Assembly (NCBI GenBank): GCA_964016885.1
Contig: OZ024741.1
Coordinates: forward strand, 301,940,001 to 302,004,000
Reading direction: 5' to 3'
Length of the DNA: 64,000 bases
Origin: Eledone cirrhosa
Lineage: Eukaryota
This document shows positions 25,160-40,008 of the stretch, one piece after another. The notes beneath the pieces are model-generated. The model did no database searches and was not told the origin of the DNA. It worked only from the letters and a program-made list of their open reading frames with translations. Every line of letters begins with the position of its first letter. The first letter of the stretch is position 1. Both the position numbers and the translations under genes were made by a program.

Positions 25160-28100
25160 CATCAGTCAACGCGATCAGTCGCATATTTTGGCGTAGGAGA
25201 CTATTTATTAAATTTAAAATGAATACTATCTCCGACAGTAATGCCACAACTAAAGCCAGGTTGAATAACTGGTTATTCTTCTAACTATCCTTTCTGAAGA
25301 CACCTTTTACTCGAATTCGTAGAGATATCTGACTAAATACATAATACATTTTACAAGGATTTGCTACAAACAGCATGGCTGAACACAACATCAACAAGAC
25401 AATTAAGGAAGTATCGAAGACAAATAACAAAGAAGGTAATCAAACTTTATTCAGTTGTAGCTACAGAAGAAACCGAAATTATAAATCGCATTTCTCTTGG
25501 GGTTGCGAACTTAATAATGATTTATTTAATTGTTATAAAATGGCAAAAAACAATCCCGCCATTGGCTATATGAATAGAATGAAGCTACACTGGGACGAAA
25601 TGCACCCAGAGCTAAATTATTTCACAGCGAAACAATTACGCCAACAAGCGACGCTTGTTGAACGTAAAAATAAGATAAATATTATTAATTGTAAGTCCCC
25701 CACAACAAACATGGAATCAACAACACGTGCTACAGATCGCCATGCTACTAGACTTCCTAGCAGTCAGGTCGAACAGCGCCTTGAAACAACTATGCCTGTA
25801 AGAAACTTGACACCACCTGTACCATCTAAGTCTACCTCGAATGCTGGGGAAAACACTATCGATAATAATAATAATCGAAGAAATAACAATAATAATCGAA
25901 TAAATGTGACACCACGTATACCATCCGAGTCTACCTCGACTGTTGTGGAAAATACTATCGATAATGATAATCAAAAGTATAAACAATTGAAAATTTCCCT
26001 CAACGAAATCTTCCAGAGAGAAATTAACTCATGTATAAATATCTCTCTTGCTGAACGTGTTAAAATGACAATGGTGAATAAAAAACCAAATAATGAAATA
26101 CTATGTGTTATTGACGAAATAGGGGATGAATATTTACGACGAATAAAAACCCCAACATTTTGGCAAATCAACGCCTGTTTATATGCCCTAGCAATGACAG
26201 TGAAGCATTATCTTGGTGATAGCAGAGATATTAACAAGAACAAAACACCACCAAAAATACCATCATATATAACTAAAATAGAAAAAAAGAGTGCTGACCT
26301 ACGGAAAAACATAGGACATGTGATAATGCTCCTTACATGCAAACAAACACACAAAAAAAACCTCACTCCTCACCAACAAAGAGTGAAAAATAAAATAGAG
26401 ACGATGTTTGGTAACAGTAGAACTAGAACTCTCCAATATAAGCTGATCACCCTCAAACAAGAATTGAGAGCTGTTAGCGAAAAACGCCGATACCTGAAGA
26501 AGGTAGATGAGAGAAAAATGCTTAATAAAAGATTCAGACGAAACCAAACATCAGTCTATAGAGACATGAAGGGCAAAATAATAAGTGTCACTGAGGCCCC
26601 ATCCTAGAAAGACATAGATTCCTTTTGGAGAAAAATATGGGGTGAAAAGAAGAATTTCAACCAAGATGCAGTGTGGCTAAGAGAAATCCGAAAGAACTAT
26701 TGATCCTACACTACAACAAAAACATACGAAATAAGTGAGGTTACCCTTGAGACTGTGATAGGAAAACTCCAAGATAAGAAAACACCAGGAAGAGACATGA
26801 TTGTCGGCTACTGGTACAAAAAACTAATATTCTATCGGAGGTATCTTACTGACCTCTACCAACAAGTTCTTAAGGGAGATACACTTATACCAGAATGGTT
26901 GACATTAGCACAAACGTTACTGGTCCCCAAGAACAAAGACACCCACTTGTCAAAAAACTACCGACCCATTGCATGCCAGAACCTGATGTATAAGATGTAT
27001 ACAGCCTGCCTCAACCTATTCCTCCAAGATCACTGTGAAAGTAATAACATCATCACAGATGAACAAGCAGCTCGAAAGAAAAGGGTTTGGGGATGTGCTG
27101 AACAACTCCTAATCAACAAAACTGCGATGTCGGAGGTGCGACAACTTAGGAGGAATATGACTACAGTCTGGCTGGACTACAAGAAAGCTTTCGATTCTGT
27201 TCCCCACTCTTGGATGATAGAGGCCCTCCAACTTGCTAAAGTCCCAGACAGTCCCAGACAGTCTCTCTGTGATATTGTTCATCTTGTCATTAAAGCCCTT
27301 GTCTTTTCTGCTCAAGAAATGTGAGGGATACATCATTGGCTCACACGAGGACAGAAATACGAACCTAACCCATAACTTCTTTGTGGACGATCTGAAACTC
27401 TATGCCAAGAACATGAATGGGATGAAGAAAATTCTTGACCTGGTTACAACGTTCTCAAAGGATATAGGAATGGAGTTTGGCCAAGATAAAGGCTCATATA
27501 TGACTGTAAAGCGGGGAAAAACAACAACCCAATCTAGCAACATTGTCATCAATGGTCTAACTGTTTCACCGATATCTGATGAGGACTGCTACAAATACCT
27601 GGGGATAGATGAGAACATATCCTATAATGGTATCTGTAATAAAGAACGCATAACCAGGGAATACTACACCCGATTAAGAAAGATCTGGTCATCGGAACTC
27701 TCTGCGCAAAACAAAACAGTGGCTCACAATGTGTTTGCTGTGCCTGTCCTAACACCAACCTTTGGAATACTCAATTGGACGATAGACGAAATCCGAGCAG
27801 TTGATGTTGGAACTCGAAAAATACTGAACAACACCGGAAACTTCCACATCAACAGTGACATAGACCGCCTTTACTTGAAACGTAAGCAGGGAGGCAGAGG
27901 CCTAACATCAGTCCAGACAACATTTGAATGTCGCATCATATCTCTCCGACAACATCTACGAACCTCGAAGCGTAGGAGCCCGTTTCTCGAGCAAGTCTAT
28001 CTGCATGAAACAGATAAGATCATGAGAGTTGGGCAGGAACTCCTTGAAAGATATTCCCTGTGTGATAATCAAAAACTCACACCCAGGGATGTCGCTCAGC

Positions 28101-29176
28101 AATATAGCAGTGAATCCATGGATGAAAAACTGCATGCCTATCAGCAAAAAATCATGCATGGATATGTTGCCAGGAAGCTCCAGAGTGAGAGTAATATAGA
28201 TAAGGAAAGTAGTCTATCTTGGACCAACAACCGCTATATTGGCTCCCGCTTTGAAGGATACGCTTTTGCAATTCAGGAACAGGACATTAGCACGAAATAC
28301 CTGATTCACAAAAGAGATAGGGATGCAGGTAAAACACCTAGATGTGATAACAAGTGCATACTCTGCAGAACTAACATCGAGGATATCACCCATGTCATCA
28401 GCAGCTGCCCAAAGATGTCATCGCGGTACTATCTACCTATGAGGCATGATGTAGTGGCCAAAACACTGTACAATGCAGTTCGTAAAAAAGATAGCCCCGA
28501 TAATAAACACATTAAAAGCTACAACAATGTGGAAGACATCCATGTACATAATATGAAAGAGTACTGTTGGAATGTTCCAGTAAAAACCCCAATAAAATGT
28601 AGGCATAACAGACTAGATATTATGATATGGGACAGGGAGAAGAAAACATGCACAGTAGTGGAAATTAGCTCTCCAGCAGATGCCAATATAATATCAAAGA
28701 TTAGTGAAAAGGAGAATATTTATGCAGAACTGATGAGAAATCTGCAGATACTCTACCCTGATTACACCTTCAGATTTATGCCTGCGATTATTGGGGCACT
28801 GGGATATGTTAGTAACTGCCTCAATACAAATCTTGAGAAGCTAGGCTTCACAGGAACAGAAAGAACACAACTAGTTAGGAAACTACAAGTACAATCCATT
28901 AATGGAACAGTAAAAAATATGTAAAACATTCCAAAAATTTTGCATCTAATAACTGCATATACACATGTACAGATACAAAGCATATACACATGCACACATA
29001 CAACTCAAAACATACACATCCACACATACAATAACATTCATATCTACACATGCATGCATACATACATATCTACCTAGTTGATGTTGTGTAAATTCCAATG
29101 AGAGAGTCTTGTGTCTATGTTAGAAACCGACTCTCTCTATTGGTAAAACTTTGTGAAATTATAAAACCAGAAGAAC
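25160..29176 (+). mobile_element. Near full-length R4-like RLE retrotransposon inserted in (CATA)n
   Basis: ORFs 25375..26607, 26755..27324 and 27233..28924 contain KTPGRD, NYRPIAC, WLDYKKAFDSVPH, FVDD, YKYLG, RKQGGRGL, CILC...HVISSC, RHD and RLDI...VVEIS. Stops and an internal RT deletion at ~27250. Confidence 0.9.
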
Positions 29177-29211
29177 ATACATACATCCATACCTGGAGAT
29201 ACATACATAGA

Positions 29212-29505
29212 TCACGACTAGTTAGGAAATTACAAGTACAATACAGTAAAAATATGTAAAACATTCCAAAAATTCTGCATCTGATAACTGCATGTACACA
29301 TGTACAGATACAAAGCATATGCACATGCACACATATAACTCAAAACATCCACATCCACACATACAATAACATCCATACCTGCATACATATCTACCTGGTT
29401 GATGTTGTGTAAATTCCAATGAGAGAGTATTGTGTCTATGTTAGAAACCAACTCTCTCTCTCTCTCTATTGGTAAAAATTTGTGAAATTATGAAACCAGA
29501 AGAAC
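29212..29505 (+). repeat. Tandem duplicate of the 3' end of the preceding R4-like element
   Basis: Repeats 28866-29176 with a few differences, followed by (CATA)n. Confidence 0.85.
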
Positions 29506-29586
29506 ATACATACATACATACATACATACATACATACATACATACATACATACATACATACATACATACATACATACATACATACA

Positions 29587-30191
29587 TGGTGGCTGCCAAC
29601 TCGTTTTCGAGTACGGCCACTACTTTATATCTATGTAGAAGAAGCCCTACCGATGGGCTGAACGAGTTTGACTTTTTAGTCCAGCCAGCAACTTGAAAAC
29701 TCTGGTACAAACACTACACTTGTGACAATTATTGACACATAGTACTGGGCCCATGGTACCATGTGACGACAAGTGCAGAGAGATCTCCAGATATAAAGCA
29801 ATGCTTGTGCCGTGAAGCTTTTATAGTGAGCAAAGGCACTGCACAAATCCAGTCCCACTCTCTTAACCAAGATGATATTTACCAAAAAGAAAAACAAGTC
29901 AACATCATTGGATACCATCAGGGTTGCAGGTGTTATATCAGAGTTTTCCTTCTAGAATTCTGTCTTGACAAAGGCTAAGGGATCATCTCTCTCGGTGATT
30001 TTGGATGGCCATTGACTCTTAAGAGCTCCTTTGCCCTTTGACAGGTTTTGTTTTTAGTCCAGCAGGATGTCCAAAGTCACCCTCCTCACCAAGAAACCTT
30101 GGTGGGGTTGCCAGTTTAGTCGCCAACGACCCGACCATGAGACAGGTTGTACTGGGATACGTGTTACCAGTAGCACCAACTGGTGACCTGA
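29587..30191 (-). mobile_element. Short bipartite non-autonomous RTE derivative (5' UTR + 3' end) in (TATG)n
   Basis: 29587-29740 matches the RTE 3' end at 37386-37541. 30002-30120 resembles the 5' UTR of the RTE at 37187-37308. Confidence 0.65.
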
Positions 30192-30291
30192 CATAAATAC
30201 ATACATACATACATACATACATACATACATACATACATACATACATACATACATACATACATACATACATACATACATACATACATACATA

Positions 30292-31095
30292 GAGGGGATA
30301 AACCACTCAAAAAGCCTGGCATGGTGTTCCGACAGGTTTATGACATCACACCTTGAGGGATATCTCTATGCAATACAGGAACAAGAACTCCCTATCAAAT
30401 ATCTGCTGCACAAAAGGGGAGGGCCATCAGCTGACAATAAATGTAGGCTATGTAAAACAAAGATCGAGGATGTAAGCCACATTGTTGCCAGCTGCGAAAG
30501 GATGTCATCTCGCTACTACCTCCCCATGAGACACGATGGGATAGCTAGAACCATCTGGAACGCACTTCGGAAAACAAAATTAGCAACAAACGAGGAAGAA
30601 TATATTGAGACAGATGGCACTAAGTAATACTGGTGGAACCTGAAAATAAAAACTCCCACCAAATTAAAGCACAACCGGCCTGATATTGTTGTTTGGGACC
30701 ACACATTGAAAACGTGTTCTGTTGTGGAGATCAGCTGCCCACTTGATGTAAACGTTGTCAGAAAAATACAGGAGAAGGAGGACATCTACGGACCATTGAT
30801 GAGGAGTTTATAAATCCAGTATCCAAGATACACCTTTAGCTTCATACCCATCATTATTGGAGCTACGGGTTATATACCAACCCGCTTGGACCAAAGTATG
30901 ACTGAACTTGGATTTGCGGACAAAGAGCGCAGCTCCCTAATTCATAGTCTACAAATGGCTGCGATAGCTGGCACCTTCAAAATTTGCAAAATATTCTTGC
31001 GATTCAAGGGATGACAATTTCTTTTCTTTTACAACCTTGCCACCAGGAAGGTGGCCGGTCAAAAAAATATACTCGAAATTAAGAGAAAGAGATAA
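30292..31095 (+). mobile_element. 5'-truncated R4-like element (CCHC + RLE) with (CATA)n tail
   Basis: AIQEQE, CRLCK..EDVSHIVASC, YYLPMRHD, HNRPDIVVWD, VVEISCP. Confidence 0.88.
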
Positions 31096-33343
31096 CATAC
31101 ATACATACATACATACATACATACATACATACATACATACATACATACATACATACATACATACATACATACATACATACATACATTAGAGCAATGCCAA
31201 CAATAATTTCCATTGGGGAATTAATTAATTTGTATATTCCGTCGTGAATTCTGTTTTTTCAGCTGTGCAACTAATTGCTAGCTCTAATCTACTAGGCGAT
31301 ATATTCAGGTTGAGTGAAATATAAACTACGCCTGGTCTCGGCAGCTCTGAAGCATTCCATTTTGTAATTTGTATTATTTGGCGAGTTTTGTATTGATGTC
31401 TTATATGGACAAACGAGGTCAACTTTGCCTTTCAGCCATTCAACGTCGTTAAAAAAAGTACCAGTTTAATACTGGGGTTGATTCTTCCTCTAAATCTCTT
31501 TCTCGGTTTCATTCTCTCATTTTCTATCATTCTTTGGAAGAAATCTACTGTATTCAAATCAGGAGAGGAGATAGGCTCCGCGAGGTTTTAAAATGCCTTA
31601 GAAACGCCGTATGTCAATACGGTGTCCCCACGATTCCCTCAGGATTTATAGGACAATACCATATGGACACAAGACATGAAATGTGAAGTACTCGAAAGAA
31701 TGAACGGCAAATTTGACATCTGCGGAGGCTTAACTCGTGATACATAGGCGGAAAATAGGCAGATTCGTTAGAACGTCGGATAGCACGCTTGGCAATATTC
31801 TTTCCAGCTTTCCCTACACTAAGTTCAAATCCCACTGAGGTCAACTTTGCCTTTCATACTTTCTTCATCAATAAGTAAATTACCAGTTTAGTACTGGATC
31901 TATTTCTTCCTCTATATCATTTTCTCGCTACTTTTCTCTCACTGGCTCTCTTTCTCTAAAAGAAATCGAATGTGTTCAGACCTGGAGAATAGGATGGTTT
32001 CCATCAGTTTTATATATCTATGACACGTATATCACTAAGACGCCCCAATGTTTCAGTCAGTAGTTACGGCCCATGCATTCATGCATCTTGGAACTATAAT
32101 TAATTCCATAATTATCTTAGAATGAAGTTGAAATTTTTTTCTTATAAAAAAGATATTTCAAGTAGAGCAACTTGTCTTCTTCAGCAAATACTGTTGACAT
32201 GCATATTCAACTACTTACGTGTAATGATTTAATGTCAGTAAATTTATTTCTTGTGTCGGTGTGATATTATTTCCATTACAACCTTAACACTTAATTCTTA
32301 ATTTCATTCATGGTGTATTACATTTCACAGTGATAAACATTAGTACCATAATCTCTCCTAATAACGTTTCGTTAGGTGTCTGGCGAATAATTTGCTGTAG
32401 TCAAAATAGTTCTGTTAAGATAGCTGAAGCAATTTACAACACATCATTTGACATGATGAAATTCCAGATTCTCTGTTTAATAATTGGTAATGTTGTGGCC
32501 TTGCAAGCAATAGATACATAAATCTGCTTTTTCCGTCTCAGGGAATCGATTATAATGTCTACCTTCCCTTTTAATGGACACGCACAAAGTTAAATGCAGT
32601 GGGAGAAAAAAGATAATATGCTGTTCCTGACACTTAAAATATGTAAGCCAAAAACAAACGAGCCAGTCGCCTCTTGGTGTCTTGACTTGCTCGAAGTAGC
32701 AGTTAAATTCTCCTTCAAACCACACCATTTAGTCAAAGAAAGGAATCATATATTGGATATAGTCCTGGAAACAAGGAAGTGAATTGACAGGTAAATAAAG
32801 CGTTGAGTAGAAGGCTTTGCAGACGCCTTTCAGGCTTTCTATGCCTTGAAATGAAATCTCACTGAATTCAACTTTACCTATCACCCTTTCTGTGCTGATT
32901 AAGAAAGTACGAGAAGAGTACAGGGATACAGTCTTCTTTTTCTTTCCTCCTCCTTCTCTTTAGGCTGTAGATGTAATTCAAAAGTCTAACTTCGTCACAT
33001 TGTAACACTGATTCTATATAAGAACTGATTAAGTCTACCACTCAAGAAGGCTACATTATGATTTGAAGTCAAGATTCAAAAGCCCGAAAAAATACCCCAA
33101 TGTATTTCTTCGTATGCTTTAACAATTTTGGCAATCCACTGCCCTGAACTGATATTTTATTTTATCAAACTCGAAAGGGAGAAATGCAACATTCACCTCA
33201 CTAGAATTTGAATTTAGATGCGCAGAGTACCAAACCACATAACGATTTCTACTTTAGGTGAAGCCAGTAATTTAAGGGGCGGTGTACGTCGATTAAATTG
33301 ATCCCAGTACATGACTACTTTGTTTTATTTGCCCCGGAAGGGG

Positions 33344-33416
<73 letters not shown>

Positions 33417-33840
33417 ACCTCGGTAGGATTTGAACTCAGAACGTAAAGAACTATAATTAAATACCACAAAACACTATCTGATGCCCTACAATTCTGTTAA
33501 TCCACCTGCAGATTCTGCCAGAACAAATAACGCAAAGCAGTTTGCCCTATGCTCAAATGACTGCCAATTCACTATGTATATTATGTAATCTAAGGTTATG
33601 TAAATCCTTTATATACTTGTATTTCGAGAGATGTATTGAAAAGTTGCTTTCTATACCGTGGGAAGTTGGAAACACAATGTCAATATATTGATCGCTTTAT
33701 TACAGATCTCCCTCTCCAGCATACATACAAGCAATACATACATGCATACATACATGAAATACATACAAACGCGCATACATACACACATACATACATACAT
33801 ACATACATACATACATACATACATACATACATACATACAT

Positions 33841-36800
33841 GATGGCTGCAAACTCTGCTAAGAGTATTGCAATCGCTTGTCAGATTCAGATGTGTAACGC
33901 TCGGATATGGTTTTGCAAGGCTGCGAGAGACTTGCACTTCTTCGTACATTGATGACAACTATGGATCTCCCTGGCCTCAGGTTTTGCATCAGGTTGCCTG
34001 TGAACTTTCACAATACCATGGAGATCATAGTTCACTGGTTCTCTTTAAATATGGCTGCGACTGTTTCGAGAGATACACCTGTTTGATCTTCTCGTGCTCT
34101 CTGCGTCTGTCCTCAAATTATGGACCCCATCATTCACCATTCCACGCCAAGTTTCTCATTCAAGAGATTCTATCTCCTAGTCAGCCACCATAAACCAGTT
34201 TTTTTCAAAGAGTCCTTTACACAATCCTTGAATCGGAGCTTTGGTTTGTGAGGTGGTCTCTTACATTTACAAAGCTCGCCATACAAAAGTTGTTTCGGGA
34301 TTCGATCATACTCCATTCCGCAGAGGTGTCCGGTCTATCGCAAACATCATTGGTAAATGATACTCTCAATGCTCCGACACTCACTTCTCTTAAAGACCCC
34401 AACATCACTCACATGCATCTGCCACTTGATACCGAGCATCGTTCTGAGATACTGCTGGTTAAATCGTTATAGTCTTTTGATATGCCGTTTGTAGGCAACC
34501 CATGTTTCACACACACACAGCAAAGCTGACAGTACACATGCGGCATACACTTTCACCTTGGTCTTCATTATGATTCCTCGCCTGCACCAAAGACGGTCGC
34601 TGAGCCTTCCATATGACTCACCTGCTTTATTAACACGCAGACCAACTTCTGCATCCAGAGAGCAGTCACACTCCCCAAATAGACAAATATGTCAGCAACC
34701 TTCAGCTTTGCACCGTATAAATATATGGATGGTTCATTGAAAACTTTATCCAGATCAGGTTGGTACATGACGACAGTCTTCTTCAGACTGATTGTCAGTC
34801 CCAAAGCACTGCACGCATTGGAAAAAGAATCATGTCACTCTGGGAGTGTGCAAAGAGATCACAATCATCTGCATACAGAATTTCTCTGATCAAAATACTC
34901 AGTACTCAGTGTTGGCAGTGAGATGCCTGAGGTTGAACAACTTGCCGGAAGTGCGATATCTGAGATAGATACCGTGTTGACAATCCTTGAAGGCCATGAA
35001 GAACACCAGTGTGAAATACAAGGCAAACAAAGTTGGTGCAGGTATATCACCCTGCTTGACACCATTTTCAACCGAGATTGGCTCACACAGTTTACCTCCG
35101 ATGTTTACTCATGCTTGCAAGTCATCCTAGAAGAGCTTGAGCATGTTCAAAAACTTTTCAGGACAGCCCAATCTCTCCAAAATAATCCACAAAGCCTTCC
35201 GATTTACGGTGCCAAATGCCTTGGTCAGATCGACAAAAACTTGGTATAATTCCATGCGCTGCTCAATGCATTTCTCTTGAAGTTGTTTGGCCGAGAATAC
35301 CATTTCAACAGTGCCTCTGCTATTTCTAAAGCCACATTGAGTCTCAGGAAATACCTCAAAAGCAATGTTCTGTATCAATCTATCCAACAATATCCTGCAC
35401 AAGATCTTCCCAGCCACAGATGGCAGTGAAATATCACTGTAGTTCCCACTGTCATGTTTGGCTCCCCTTCCTTTATAAAGTACCACCATCAATGCATATT
35501 TCCAGTCCTGCGAAACACCTACTTCATTCCAAATATTCACAAAGAGATCATTGAGGCGGTTTAATAAGTTATCACTACCACACTTGCAGATCTCGTCACT
35601 CAGTCCATCCATTCCAGGTGACTTGCCGCTGTTTAATTTGGCAATGGCCTTCGTCACCTCATCAAATGAAGGAGGATCAGTCATTGCCAGCTTTGTAGGT
35701 CTGAATGGAATCGACCGGATAAACTCATCATCGATTTCTGAGGAGCTCATCAAAGTGGTCATGCCACCTGATCAGGATTTCAAGCAAGTTCTGGATCTCT
35801 GCATCATTTTCATCGAACCAGTACTTATGCTTTCTATTGGTATGACCAAAACCTCCAGCATTGACATCACAGACGGTTTTCTTCAATGATTCCCACGTGA
35901 TTTCACATTCCATGGATTCAAGAAACTTCGACAGCTCAGCTCTGACTTCTTCTGTCTTCAGACGAGCCATGTTTAGTCGTTTTGGAAGTGCAACCTTCTT
36001 CCCCTTTAATTTGGGCTTCACAACAAATTGAAACTTGGCGCGCACCAGACGATGGTCAGTCCAACATTACACGCCTCGCAATACACGAACCAATATGATA
36101 TACCTGACATCACGTTTCTTCGTTAAAACAAAGTCAATAAGGTGCCACTTGTTGGAACCTGGATGCATCCAAAATGTCTTATTTTTGCCTTTGAAAGAGC
36201 GTGTTCCCAACAAGATCCATTTCTTTTTTTTTTTGCATTTTCCCACTCCATGCTTGTCTATCACACTCCAATCTTCCTGGTCGTTACCAACACGTGCATA
36301 AAAATCACCAAAAATGACAATCTTATCTGCATAAGGTATACTATGGATGACTTCTTTCAAAGACATGTAGAAAACCAGCTTTTCATTATCACTTGCGCAC
36401 ATGGTAGGAGCGTACACACTGACCAGAGTCACAAAGCGGTTTTTAATCATGGACATTATCCGATCATTGAATCCACAAGGAAGGTTTTCCAGCTTTGAGA
36501 CGATTCCATTCCTGACAATGCGACCCATGTCTCTCTCTTACAACCCTCTACTCTACCACTTCAATAGAAGGTATATCCTCCCTTCAGTTCTGTGAATTGA
36601 CCCTCACCTGCTAATCTCGTTTCTGAAAGTGCAACGATGTCCATATTATAGCGATTGTGTTCCCTCGACACCAAAGCAGATTTTCTTTCAGGGCGAGTTT
36701 CACTGGATTGGGAATTAAGTAAGGTTCTTACATTCCAGCATCCGATATTCATAGGTTTGAACCTCTTTGCAGTTGCAGGATTATGACCAGGTCCACACTG

Positions 36801-37308
36801 CGGTGCCATGTGACACCTGCCGGACGAGACCCCTTCACAATAAGTTCCAGAGCCCTTACAGCCATTGACTTCAAGGTCATCATTTGTCATCATAGAGTTT
36901 GGTACACTTTTAGGCTAAGGCCAACCACACGATCCTGTAACAGATCCTGAACAAGCATGCCTGTGCTTTGAAGCTTTTTTAAGTGGGGAAAGGCCTTGCA
37001 TTCGACCAATCCTACTCTCTGAGCATTGAAAACACTACCCGAAATGGAGAACTGGTCAACATCATCGGATGCTTCCGAAGCAGCGGGGTTCTTTTTGTTT
37101 TTGCTTTTTCAGTGTTTCCCTCACTTATAAAGGTGTTGTGACAATAACAGGGGGTCTTTCACTCCCAGGTGGAAAAAAAGTACTATTTGGATGGCCATTG
37201 ACTCTGTTGAGTTCCTCCATCCTTTGTCGAGTCTTGTACTTCATCCCGCAGGGTGTCCAAATATCACCTTCCTACCCAAGGTAGCTTTGTGGGTTTTCCG
37301 GTTTAGTC
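33841..37308 (-). mobile_element. Full-length but degenerate RTE-BovB-like LINE flanked by (TATG)n
   Basis: APE domain (MNIGCWNVRTLL, DIVALSETRLAGEGQ, SVYAPT, GDF.ARVG, WHLIDF) followed by RT (KSPGMDG, PETQCGFR, FVDLTKAF, GLTISLKKT), with many frameshifts. Confidence 0.92.
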
Positions 37309-37385
37309 ATACATACATCCATCCATCCATCCATACATACATACATACATACATACATACATACATACATACATACATACATACA

Positions 37386-37545
37386 TGGTGGTGGCTGCCA
37401 ACTCGTTTTCGAGTACGGCCACTACTTTATATCCATGTAGGAGAACCCCTACCGATGCGCTGAACGAGTGTGACTTTTTAGTCCAGCCAGCGACTTGAAA
37501 ACTCTGGTACAAACACTACACTTGTGACAATTATTGACATAGGAC
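37386..37545 (-). mobile_element. RTE 3'-end fragment between (CATA)n tracts
   Basis: Encodes C-terminal CSVCTRVFKSLAGLKSH; matches 29587-29740. Confidence 0.8.
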
Positions 37546-37930
37546 ATACATGCATACATACACACATACATACATACATACATACATACATACATACATA
37601 CATACATACATACATACATACATACATACATACGTGTAATAGAGCAATACCAACAATAATTTCCATTGAAGAATTAATTAATTTGTATATTCCGCGTATA
37701 CATACATGCATACATTCACACGCGCATACATACATACGTACATGCAATACATATTCTCATACATACATACATACATGCAATACATACATGTGCGCATACA
37801 TACATACATAAATATATGCAATACATACATATGCGCTTACATACATACATGCAATACATACATATGCGCATACATACATACATGCATACATACATACATA
37901 CATACATACATACATACATACATACATACA

Positions 37931-37961
<31 letters not shown>

Positions 37962-38831
37962 TAAACTATATTAAAACCACATTGAAACTATGAAATTATA
38001 TTATGTGTAAAAATATACCGAGAGAAGTATACAAGAGTAGCTCTGGAGACAGAATGAAAATTAAATTAATGTGATTAAATTGATAAATGTAATCCAATTA
38101 AATGTTCGTAATGACGTATGTCTATGTTGTCTGTTTATTATATTTAATTCGGTCAATAGAATATGATAGGATGTGTTAAAATACATACACAGCCGTGTAA
38201 GAAATGAGTTGCTATATCAATTTTAGTAATAATACATCGTAATTATAAAGGAAATATTTCTTTTGTGTAAAGTGATTATCGGGGAGCGCAATAAATTTGA
38301 AAAATAAATCTGATTCAGCTCAATCATATACCTAATTATATCTAATAAAGCATTAGTGCGTTAACAATATTCTCGTTTAATGTTAGAATATATCTATAGA
38401 ATTTTAATCAAAATTGCACATGTAGTCAAATGAAAAGACCCTGTCTTTATATACATGCTAGATATTACTTTTATTTTTATTTTGAAGGTGAAAAGGTTTT
38501 GTTTAGGCTTCTTCCTCAGACGGGCTACTGACGTTCCGATTTTGCAGAGGAACCCGGCTTCACTGAATCACTAACACTATATATATCTATCTCTCTTTAT
38601 ATATATATATGTATATATACATACATACATATACAGAAAGAGAGAGAAAGTGAGAAAGAGAGATAGAGAGAAATATCTATATATATTTATAGAGGCATTC
38701 CTTATAATTTCATACGAATGATACAGTTCAAATCCTGTAGAAGCCATTTCTATATTAAATAAAGATGTTTACATTCTACTAATGTATTGAGTAACTTTTT
38801 ACTGTGGTTACCTCCGATTTCAATTGGGATC

Positions 38832-38996
<165 letters not shown>

Positions 38997-39940
38997 TGAC
39001 TTTACAAATCGGAAATCCCTACTTAAACTGAAATTACCCTTAATTTATTCTCTTCTTTAGCAGAATATGGCCCTGGAGCTGCAGGTATAACATTTATTCG
39101 GAAAAGATTATTCCGCTAATGTATTTGCTTAATCACTTTCTAAAGGATTTTAAATTAACTTAAATGATAAATAGTGTGATAACAATAAACATTTATTTCC
39201 GCTCAATGAATAATTTCTAAAAATGTGATGTATATTCACAGCGAAAATATCCATTAAGATAAATTTGAAAGTAGCTTTACACCCGGTTTAATTGATTAGT
39301 GTTGCTGACTTCCTATTTCATTTCAGTTTATAGTAAATGTGGTTCCGCTTTTTTTAGAAGGTTGTAATAATATAATTAAGGAGGCGAATTGGCAGAGTTG
39401 TTAGAACGTCCGATGAATGCCTTATGGTATTCGTTCCGGCTCTCTACTCTCGAAGTTCAAATCCCACCGAGGTCAACTTTGCCTCTCATCCTTTCGAGGT
39501 CGATAAAAAAGTACCAATCTAGTACTAGGGTTGATTTTACCTCTATATCTCTTTTTCATTTCCTCTCTTTCACTTCCTATATTTCTCTGGAAGAAATCTG
39601 CTGTACTCAAGCCTGGAGAAGAATGGGCTCCACCAGGCTTAAATGCCCAAGAAACGCCGTATGTCAATACGGCGCCCTTGCGACTCTATCAGGAGTTACG
39701 GGATCATACATACATCAAAAAATATAATTACTTCAGGCATTCTAACTTACAATACTTTACTGGTTAATTCACTTGGCTCTGAGAACATTATGCTCCCTTA
39801 ATAGGCAATTAACAAGATATGATGACGAGAATCGCGCCAACAACGTCCTGTAATTGTGTCAGTGGTAATAAACAGAGACTCGATCCTAAACGTAGGATGA
39901 GTATTAATACTGGCATATCTACTATATAAATATCTTAGGA

Positions 39941-40003
<63 letters not shown>

Positions 40004-40008
<5 letters not shown>

